Source: an uncultured Candidatus Binatia bacterium
Lineage (GTDB): Bacteria; Desulfobacterota; Binatia; UBA9968; JAJDTQ01
Length of the DNA: 64,000 nucleotides
Reading direction: 5' to 3'
Assembly (NCBI GenBank): GCA_965214905.1
Contig: OZ243984.1
Span: forward strand, 3,963,802-4,027,801
Position numbers and translations under genes: made by a program. A model generated the notes under the pieces. It did not search any database. It was not told the DNA's origin and saw only the letters and a list, made by a program, of their open reading frames with translations. Below, one piece after another: positions 48,861 through 56,627 of the stretch. Every line of letters starts with the position of its first letter. Positions within the stretch are counted from its first letter, which is position 1.

Positions 48861-50214
48861 TCAGTGCGCCCGGCAGGTCCGGTCCCGGCCGCCCCACAGA
48901 TCGGTGCCGCCGATGATGGCGTCGGCGGCGTCCAGGCTCATGGGGTCGGAGGCCGAAACCACGGGGGCGCCCGGGTAGTTGAGAACCTGCAGCCGTTCGT
49001 ATGCGCCCACCACCCGGTCGGCAGGCGGCAGTTCCAGGACGCGGTCGCGGCTGCCGGTGCTCACCACCGCGTCGGCGGTGGCGTCGTAGAAGAGCAGCGG
49101 CGAGTCCGCGCCGTCCTTGCCGCCGTACTCATAGGTCACCAGCACCGTCCTGACCCCCTTCTCCTCGCAGGCGCGCACGGTCAGCATCACCTCCAGGAAG
49201 GCGTTGCCGGAGCCGAGCCAAGGCCACGCCCCTGGACGTGCCGCTCCAGGTGATGAGCGCAGCTTCCGCTCCCAGGGCGCGAGCCACCTGCGCTGCGTTG
49301 TGCGCGGCTACTTCCTTCTCCCGGAAGCTCTCGAAGCGGATGCGCTGCAGGATGACGCCGACGAAATCGAGCCGGTGGCCGTGCTCCCGGGACAGGCGCA
49401 GGACCAGCGGGTGGTTCTGCCAGTCCCAGGTGGTGGGGTAGTAGGCGATGGTCTTCAGGGTGTTGCCGGTGACCGCGCCGTCCAGCAACTCGTTGGGATG
49501 AACCACCGTGGCCAGGGACTCGCGTACCGGCAGTCCATAGTATCCCAATCCGGTGGGCAGGTGCTCCGACTCGGTGATGCAGCCCACGATGACCACGGCC
49601 TTGGGCAGATGCGGATTCCCGTGCGCCGCGCCGTGTGTTTCCACGCCCGCGGGCTCGGCCGCGACCGTGGTCTCGGCCAGCCTCTGGGCCACCCGGTACT
49701 CGGCGGCCTGTATCGCCTGGTGCGCCTCGGCCTCGATCAGGTCCGGAGGAAGCCGCAGGGTCAGGACGAGGTGTGGAAGCCGGCTGAAGCCCGTGAGCTC
49801 GGCCCCCGGCCCCCACATGTCGAGGATGGCGCTTCGCTGGGCGGTGGTTCCGGTGCGGATGGTGCCCTCGTACTCGGCCGTGGTGATGAGCGTCATGCCG
49901 GACAGCCGGTGGGTGCGGCCGGCGCCCACGGGGATCACCGGGTTCGTGATCCCGGGGAACACCTGCCCGTCGCCGTCTACCTTGACCCTGGGCTCCACCA
50001 CGTCGCGGATCCCGGTTACCCGCACCCGTTCGCCGGGACGCGCGATGTCGAGCCTGGTGGAAAGGATGCGGGAATCCCGTGAAGCGATCTCCACCAGCTC
50101 CACCTCGTCCACCTCCAGGGTCCGGCAGGCGTATTGCAGCGTGGCGCCGAACCGAAGATCGTCCACCGGGAAGTCCGCCAGATCCAGGGGCGTAGCGCGC
50201 CGGACGCGGCTCAT
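48861..50214 (-). CDS. Glycine/sarcosine/betaine reductase component B alpha/beta-type subunit (GrdE/GrdG/GrdI-like), broken by a 1-nt frameshift near 49229-49232
   Basis: ATG 50214 makes an ATGA overlap with the stop of the upstream selenoprotein gene. MSRVRRATPLDLADFPVDDLRFG...VVIVGCITESEHLPTGLGYYG... lies in the frame of ORF 49129..51207. The C-terminal part GSGNAFLEVMLTVRACEEKGVRTVLVTYEYGGKDG... lies in the frame of ORF 48861..49190. Deleting one G of the G4 run joins them (...ALITWSGTSRAWPWLGSGNAFLEV...). Confidence 0.7.
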
Positions 50215-51539
50215 GACGCCGCGTCCGGTGTGAACACAGTACTCTCCTCGACCGCTTCTCCGAGCGCCTTGAGCGCGGTCTCGACGATGGACTTGCGCAG
50301 CTTCTCGTCGACTTCCGGCGGCAGGCTCGGATCGCCGCAGGGATGAGGAATCTTCACCCCCTTGACGATGCGGCTGGCGCCGACCTGCTCCGCCAGGGGA
50401 AACATGGCGCTGACCATCGACACGGGGACGCCGGCACGGTCGAGTTCCTTGCTGATCACAGCTCCGCTGCGACTGCAGGTGCCTCACGTGCTCACCAACA
50501 GCGCGGCGTCCACGCTGTTGGCCTTGAGCTCCGCGGCGATTTCCTGTCCCACTCGCCGCATGGCCGCGGGCGAGCCCTGGTTGCCGGGGATGACGTAATA
50601 GGCGGGGTAAAGGTCGTCGTACTTCCCCTCCCGCTGGAGCTCCCGCAGGGCGTCGAGGGGAACGCCGTACAGCGGGTTGGCGTTCATGTTGGCCACGTTG
50701 TAGCCGCCGTGGACCGCTTCCCACATGCCGGGTTCCATGGTCTTCAACTCCGCCACCGGATACTTGCGCCAGAACGTATTGCGAAAGGTCTTGAATCCGT
50801 CGGGGTTTCCCCAAGGCACCACGCCGCTGGTGGTGACCAGGGCGATTTTGGCCTTGCCCACCTGCTTCACCGCGGCGGCAGGGGCCACCCGGTCCCAGGT
50901 CTGCATGGGAACCTCGGTGACGAAGGGCCTGCCCTCGAGCTTGTCGAACAACATGTCGAGGGCGCGGTCGGCCCCTGTTCGACCGCTGCTTTCCTGGACC
51001 CGAATCCCCCGCGGGAGATATCCCTCGTCCTCCGCGGCGCCGATGGGCTCGTTGCGCAGCAGCTTGAGAACGAACCGGCCCAGACCGTCCAGCGCCTGCG
51101 CCATGCCGGCGGCGGTTTCCGCAGTAGGCAGGAGGAAAAGCCTCGGGTCGTGATAGTCCCTGTACGTGTCGACCGCGGGGTTGTCCGCATGCATGGCCGT
51201 GACGCACACGGCGCCGGTCTCGCGCGCCGCCATGTGGCCGATCTCGACGCAGGCGAGGCCGTAGCGGCCAGCGTTGAACGCCGGTCCGAGCACGATGACT
51301 TCCGGCTCGATGGCCGCAAGCTCCCGCAAAAGAGCCGCCCTCGCCTCATCGGGCCGTTCATGGAACCGGTTGTCGCCGAAGTAAATGGTGGGGGCCACCT
51401 CCGCCTGGTCTTGCAGCAGGCGCTGCAAGCCCCGTGACGGCCCGGAAAGGGCGTCGAGCGCTCCCACGGCGACGTCCGCCTTGTCCTCACCCCCGATTCC
51501 GGCAAAGAACTGGTTGACGACGTGTGCCACGCGTTTCAT
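50211..51539 (-). CDS. GrdB/GrdF/GrdH-family selenoprotein (component B selenoprotein of glycine/sarcosine/betaine reductase), 442 aa with in-frame UGA (Sec) at 50486..50484
   Basis: Track ORFs 50484..51539 and 50211..50459 are in the same frame, separated only by a TGA. Reading through gives ...VDAALLVST-U-GTCSRSGAVISKELDRAGVPVSMVSAMFPLAEQVGASRIVKGVKIPHPCGDP..., which is the ST-U-GTC selenocysteine motif of GrdB. N-terminus MKRVAHVVNQFFAGIGGEDKAD is typical. GGGGAGG RBS. Confidence 0.85.
50455..50473 (-). promoter_or_regulatory. Candidate bacterial SECIS hairpin 10 nt downstream of the UGA
   Basis: The RNA reads UGA GGCACCUGCA GUCGCAGC-GGA-GCUGUGAU. This gives an 8-bp stem (two G-U pairs) and a 3-nt GGA loop. 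Spacing is similar to that in E. coli fdhF. Hand-folded only. Confidence 0.3.
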
Positions 51540-51683
51540 GGTTCAGCCTCCCCGTGATTCGCGACTACGGTAACCGAGACCGGGACGGCGCGCAAGGGAA
51601 CGCGAGGAGATGGCCGGGGTGCTCGACGGCCGAGCCTCGGCGTGCACTACGCCGAGCGCATGAAGCCTTGTGGCCCGGATGGA

Positions 51684-52646
51684 CTATGAACCGGAGGCTG
51701 CCACTTGCTGCTTGAGGGCCCGGAAGGTGGATTCGTCCAGACCGGTGGCTGCTTCTATGGTCTCCCAGGGCACACCGACCGCCAACAAGCCCTCCACGAC
51801 TTCCACCTGACCTTCGGCGCGGCCCTTGGCTTCACCTTCGGCGCGGCCCTTGGCTTCACCTTCGGCGCGGCCTTCATCCAGGAGTTGCTGTGCATAGGTC
51901 ATGATCGCGTCTCCTTGGTCCATTCCATGACGCCTTAGCGCCTGCTTATAGGTCTCGATCCTCTCCGGCTCCACCGTGGCCATCACATACAGGGCGTAGC
52001 GACGGACCCGATCCACTCCGCCGCCAGCCTGCAGGCGTTGGACCAGGGACGCCGCGAGTTCCAGCGCCGCTTCCACATGACGGTTGAACGCCACCATCAT
52101 CAGCAACTGCGCGATGCGAGCGTTGACGTCCCCGGCTACCTCTTCGGGCTCCAACGTCGTTTGATCCAGCAACACGTGGGCAAACTGCGGCTGCCAGGGC
52201 CACGACCGCACGGCCTCGGGAAACAAGTCCGCCAACTCCGTCGAATAGCTCCACCCTCGGGGTCCCTGATAGAATACCACCGGCACGATGGGCCGCAACC
52301 GTGTCTGGTCCGGCGCTTGCCGGAGGCTGGCGTCCCAAATGCGGCAGCAATACTTCAACAACCGGAACCGCATCCAACGGTCCGGCGAGGATTGATGCTC
52401 GAACAACAAATACAGCGCCACCGGCTCCTGCGTTTCGGCAAGCTCCACGTGATAGAGCAGGTCGGATTGGCTCTCGCGCAGGTCCTGATCGAGGAAGGTG
52501 CCGTCCTGAAGCGTGAGGGTGGTCCAGTCGATGCGGTCCCGGACCTCCGGGGGCAAGGCGGTCTGCAACAGGCTGGCGGCTTCGGGGGCATCGGAGAAGA
52601 CGGCGCGAAAGAGTTTGTCGTGGGGTTGGTAGAGTTCGTTGGCCAT
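51684..52646 (-). CDS. Rpn-family recombination-promoting nuclease / YhgA-like putative transposase (PD-(D/E)xK)
   Basis: Start at ATG 52646: MANELYQPHDKLFRAVFSDAPEAASLLQTALPPEV...DLLYHVELAETQEPVALYLLFEHQSSPDRWMRFRLLKY. The C-terminal region carries 2.6 copies of a 24-nt repeat (51811-51880) encoding GRAEGEAK. Confidence 0.8.
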   Translation of the reverse strand: MANELYQPHDKLFRAVFSDAPEAASLLQTALPPEVRDRIDWTTLTLQDGTFLDQDLRESQSDLLYHVELAETQEPVALYLLFEHQSSPDRWMRFRLLKYCCRIWDASLRQAPDQTRLRPIVPVVFYQGPRGWSYSTELADLFPEAVRSWPWQPQFAHVLLDQTTLEPEEVAGDVNARIAQLLMMVAFNRHVEAALELAASLVQRLQAGGGVDRVRRYALYVMATVEPERIETYKQALRRHGMDQGDAIMTYAQQLLDEGRAEGEAKGRAEGEAKGRAEGQVEVVEGLLAVGVPWETIEAATGLDESTFRALKQQVAASGS

Positions 52647-52939
52647 GGAGTCTCTTTCGTCGGGCTTGGCCCCTGCATGGCGCTGACGCCATGGCCATGC
52701 AAGGATGCCTTGAACCAAATATACCACGGACAGCGCCGCCGCCGAAGCAGCGGTGCGGGCCAGCCGCCATGGGCGTATCAGAGCACGGACCGGAGAATTC
52801 AGCTACGGACGTCCGGATCCGTGCGTCAAACCCAAGGAAGCACAGTAGCCGCAGCACCCTTGACGCGCCACGATCACCTGACCTATAGGGGAGTCACCTC
52901 GACGATGTGACGCTGAACCGAGATGGGAGGTGGCTCATC

Positions 52940-54160
52940 ATGGAGATGACGACGCAGCAGGAGAACGCGGTTCTCACCCAGGTGGGCCGGGGCACGCCCA
53001 TGGGGGAGTTGCTCCGGCGTTACTGGTGGCCGGTCGGCATCTCGGCCCACCTGAAGGACAGGCCCACGTTCATCCGGGTCCTGGGCGAGGACTTGGTGCT
53101 GTTCCGGGACGGCAAGGGTAGGGCCGGAGTGTTGGGGGCCTATTGCGCGCACCGGCGCGCGAATCTGTGTCTGGGCGACGTGGAGCAGGGCGGCCTGCGC
53201 TGCCGGTATCACGGCTGGTTATACGATATCGAAGGCCGCCTTCTGCAAACCCCCGGAGAGCCGCCGGGAAGCAAGCTCAAGGAGGGCATCCGCCATCTCG
53301 CGTATCCGGTGGAGGAACTGGGGGGGCTCGTGTTCGCGTATCTCGGCCCTGAGCCGGCGCCGCTTCTGCCCCGGTACGATTTTCTGGTCGGTGACGGGGA
53401 GACCTACGTGACGGTGCAGGGACTCCAGGACTGCAACTGGCTGCAGTGCGTGGAGAACGGCCTCGATCCGGTTCATCCGAGCTTCACCCACGGCGGCGCG
53501 TGGCCGGACATCCGCAGCACCGAGCCCGATCTGGGGTTTGAGGAGACCGAGTGGGGGCTGGTCTACAAGGCGTACCGGAAGGCGGACAAGCCGGGAGAGT
53601 TCAACTACCGCGAGCATCACCTGCTCATGCCCGGGATAAGTTGCGGCGGCAGCGGCGGACGGTATCTCAAGGGTCCGTCCGGCGGCACCCCGGTGTCGGC
53701 GGCGCGCTGGAGCGTGCCCATCGACGATACCCATACGCTGCTCATGCGGGTTCGGTTCAAGCCCGCGGACAATCCCGGCAAGTACGAGGGCGATCCGTTC
53801 AGCACCCGCTGGAAGCCCCCGGAGAACTTCATAGAGCCCTACAAGGAGTATCGGGAGTCGGACAATCCGGTACTCGGTTACGATATTCCTCCGCTTCACT
53901 TCATCGAGGACGGCATGGTGGTGGACAGCCTGGGCCCGCGGGTGGACCGGGAGAAGGAGAACCTGTCATCTACCATCGACGACGGCATCATCCGCTTGCG
54001 GAGCATGTACTTGCGGGAGTTGGAGAACGTGAGGCTCGGGCGGGATCCGAAGAACGTCGTCCGGGATCCGAAAAAGAATCGGACGGTGGTCATCACGGCG
54101 TACGAGAGGTGGGTTTCCGAAGCCGAGCGCCAGGAACTCGAAGGCTCGACTCCACCGTAA
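52940..54160 (+). CDS. Rieske [2Fe-2S] non-haem iron oxygenase, alpha-subunit type
   Basis: Rieske motif CAHRRANL...CRYHGW. ATG 52940 lies 9 nt after GGGAGG; the track ORF starts at GTG 52907. The catalytic domain has DCNWLQCVENGLDPVHPSFTH. Confidence 0.85.
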   Translation: MEMTTQQENAVLTQVGRGTPMGELLRRYWWPVGISAHLKDRPTFIRVLGEDLVLFRDGKGRAGVLGAYCAHRRANLCLGDVEQGGLRCRYHGWLYDIEGRLLQTPGEPPGSKLKEGIRHLAYPVEELGGLVFAYLGPEPAPLLPRYDFLVGDGETYVTVQGLQDCNWLQCVENGLDPVHPSFTHGGAWPDIRSTEPDLGFEETEWGLVYKAYRKADKPGEFNYREHHLLMPGISCGGSGGRYLKGPSGGTPVSAARWSVPIDDTHTLLMRVRFKPADNPGKYEGDPFSTRWKPPENFIEPYKEYRESDNPVLGYDIPPLHFIEDGMVVDSLGPRVDREKENLSSTIDDGIIRLRSMYLRELENVRLGRDPKNVVRDPKKNRTVVITAYERWVSEAERQELEGSTPP

Positions 54161-54176
54161 AGGGAGGGGAGAGAAG

Positions 54177-54524
54177 ATGGGCGTCCACCACGTCAACGAG
54201 AACAGTGTGGAGATGACCAAGACCCCAAGGGGACGGACGAAGTTCCTTTACCGAAACGAGAAGGGCGGGGGACCGTCGGTCATGATCCGCCACTGGGGGC
54301 CCGATACCGATATTCCGGTGCACAGTCACCCGTTCAACGAGATGTTCTACGTGCTCGAAGGGGAGGTGGAGATCGGCGACACCCTGTACACCGCCGGCTC
54401 GTGCGTGTTCATAGAAGGCGGGACGCCTTACGGTCCCACGCGGGCGCCCAAAGGCGTCAAGGTGCTGCGATACGCCGAGGCTCATCAAGGATGGAATAGT
54501 CCAGGAAAGGGGGAACGACAATGA
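54177..54524 (+). CDS. Cupin-domain protein
   Basis: 115 aa. PVHSHPFNEMFYVLEGEVEIGD...GTPYGP fits the cupin motifs. GGGGAGAG RBS. Confidence 0.75.
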   Translation: MGVHHVNENSVEMTKTPRGRTKFLYRNEKGGGPSVMIRHWGPDTDIPVHSHPFNEMFYVLEGEVEIGDTLYTAGSCVFIEGGTPYGPTRAPKGVKVLRYAEAHQGWNSPGKGERQ

Positions 54525-55612
54525 AGATACGCAAGCTTCGGGGGTATGCGTTCGCGATGGTCGGGCTCTTTCTCTTCACGGCGCAATCGGCGTACGGAGC
54601 CGGCAACGTGTATGAGCAACTGGTTGCGGCGTCCAAGGCCGAGATGGCAAAGACCGGCGGCAAGCTGAGGATGTCCCTGGACTGGCCCAAGCGGGACACC
54701 CGGAACGTGCTGCCCGCTTTCAGCAAGGCCTACCCGTTCGTCAAGGAGATATCCTACAAGCGAGAGGTGGGCATCGGACCCTTCGGGCAGTTCCTCATCC
54801 AGTTCAAGCAGGGGACGAATCCGCCCTACGACATCATGCACATCGCCAGCGAGTTCCAGGCCCAGTACTGGAAGGAGGGCGCCTTCGTCAAGCCTCCTTT
54901 CAGTTACGAGGAGCTTGCCAGGTTCGTTCCCGCGGACTGGCCCCGGCTGGATCCCAGGGGCATGGACCCCGAAGGCAATTTCCTGTCCACCACGGGCAAT
55001 GCCAGAGGCAACGCGTACAATCCCAAGCTGGTCCCCGAGGGCAAGGAGCCCACGAGTTGGGACGCCTGCCTCGACCCCATGTGGAAGGGAAAGTTCCTGA
55101 TCGACACGCGCAACAAGCTGCAGGCGTTCCAGCATGATCCCAAGGTCCGCGAGAAGCATCTCGCGTGGGTGAAGGGGGTCGTCGCCAACGGCGCCGTGCT
55201 GACTCGCGGGCAGGGCACGATCCTGCGAAAGATCGCCTCCGGAGAATTTCCGCTGGCCTGCGCCGTCAACTATCACACCGCCAACCGGATGATCGACCGG
55301 GGGGTGAAGAACCTCGAGTTCGTGCAGCCGGATCCGGTCCCGCTGGAGATAGGGACGCGGCTCTACGTGGCCAAATGGTCCAGGACGCCCGCGACCACCC
55401 AGCTTTGGGCGTTGTGGATATCCACGGGCGGGCAGGAGGTGCTCGAGAATTACGCCTACCGCGGTTTTCCCTGGGATCCTTCTTCCAGGAAATATCCCCT
55501 GGCCAAGGGGAAGTACATCGCCATCTGCGGCGCGGAATGCGCGCGCAAGTGGGACCACTACAACCGGGAGTTCCAGGAACTGCTGGGATTGCCGGCGGCC
55601 AGGAAGAAATAG
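54521..55612 (+). CDS. ABC transporter periplasmic substrate-binding protein (family 1, iron(III)/polyamine-like)
   Basis: ATGA overlap with the cupin stop. Signal peptide MKIRKLRGYAFAMVGLFLFTAQSAYG. 363 aa. Confidence 0.75.
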   Translation: MKIRKLRGYAFAMVGLFLFTAQSAYGAGNVYEQLVAASKAEMAKTGGKLRMSLDWPKRDTRNVLPAFSKAYPFVKEISYKREVGIGPFGQFLIQFKQGTNPPYDIMHIASEFQAQYWKEGAFVKPPFSYEELARFVPADWPRLDPRGMDPEGNFLSTTGNARGNAYNPKLVPEGKEPTSWDACLDPMWKGKFLIDTRNKLQAFQHDPKVREKHLAWVKGVVANGAVLTRGQGTILRKIASGEFPLACAVNYHTANRMIDRGVKNLEFVQPDPVPLEIGTRLYVAKWSRTPATTQLWALWISTGGQEVLENYAYRGFPWDPSSRKYPLAKGKYIAICGAECARKWDHYNREFQELLGLPAARKK

Positions 55613-55670
55613 CCGCAACGGGAATGGGAACTCATCCGGCGCAGGACTTCACGAAGTAAGAGGCTCGGGG

Positions 55671-56486
55671 TCAGTCGGGCCGGGACAGGAAGTCGCAGAC
55701 CATTCGGTTGAACCGGTCCGCCTGATCCCACTGGACCCAGTGGCCGCATTCGTTGAAAACGTGCAGCTCGGCATCGGGAAGCGCCTTGAGCAGCAACAGC
55801 GCCCTTTCCAGCGCCGCGCCCCGGTCGTTCTTTCCCCAAAGGATAAGCGTCTTGTTCCGGAGCTTCGGAAGCTCTTCCGCCATGGGCTTCCACGAAGCCG
55901 CTTCCCGGCGTTTCAGGATGGCGTCGAAGTGCCGTCCGGAGCTCATTTCATAACGTTTCGACACCAGCTCGTCGGTGACGAGTTCGCGCTTGAAGAGGGT
56001 CTTCAGAGTCATGGCGCGCATGTTGTCGAGCGTGGGGGTGTACTCCCGTAGCTCCTGAGCATGCTTCTTGCCGAGAGCCGCGGCCTCCGACGATCCCGGA
56101 GGCGCCAGCGTGCTGCTGGACGCCAGGACAAGGCGGCCCGCCCGCGAGTCTTCCAGCGCGATCCTCGCCGCCATGTAGGCGCCCATGGAGTTTCCGACGA
56201 GATGGAAGCGCTCCAGCCCCAGCGCGTCGATGAACGCCCGGGCGTGGGCCACCCGGTACTCCATGGAGTAATCCGCGGGGTTGTCGGTGTTTCCGAACCC
56301 GGCTTGGTCGAACGCGTACAGACAGAGGTCGCAAGCGGCGAGGGGCTCCATGTTCAACTGCCAGTTGACGAGGGAGCAGGCCCCGGGCGATCCCCCGTGG
56401 ATCAGCACCACCGGGTGGCCGCTCCCCGCGGCCAGGTAGAAGGTCCTGAGCCCGTCGATGTCCAGGTATCGATGTTCGTTCGCCAC
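55671..56486 (-). CDS. Alpha/beta hydrolase, meta-cleavage-product hydrolase (BphD/MhpC)-like
   Basis: YLAAGSGHPVVLIHGGSPG...FHLVGNSMGAYMA (GxSxG)...ECGHWVQWDQADRFN. 271 aa. Confidence 0.85.
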   Translation of the reverse strand: MANEHRYLDIDGLRTFYLAAGSGHPVVLIHGGSPGACSLVNWQLNMEPLAACDLCLYAFDQAGFGNTDNPADYSMEYRVAHARAFIDALGLERFHLVGNSMGAYMAARIALEDSRAGRLVLASSSTLAPPGSSEAAALGKKHAQELREYTPTLDNMRAMTLKTLFKRELVTDELVSKRYEMSSGRHFDAILKRREAASWKPMAEELPKLRNKTLILWGKNDRGAALERALLLLKALPDAELHVFNECGHWVQWDQADRFNRMVCDFLSRPD

Positions 56487-56543
56487 GACAACTCCTCTGA
56501 ATGCTCCCCAAAGAGCCTCTTGAACCGGGTTCTCCCCTCATAC

Positions 56544-56575
56544 TAGTGTCACCTCACGGTAGTGTCACCTCACGG
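56544..56575. repeat. Perfect tandem duplication of a 16-bp unit TAGTGTCACCTCACGG
   Basis: Copies at 56544-56559 and 56560-56575, in the divergent spacer between the hydrolase (start 56486) and the ABC permease (start 56628). Confidence 0.95.
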
Positions 56576-56627
56576 CGAAAAGGACCAGCCGATTCATTGA
56601 CGTATCTGGGGGCACCGGACGCCCGAG

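Noticed and set aside
50215-51207. N-terminal 330 aa of ORF 49129..51207 (692 aa)
   Set aside because: This is an out-of-frame overlap with the GrdB-like selenoprotein gene and is R/G-rich junk. The real GrdE-like gene starts at ATG 50214.
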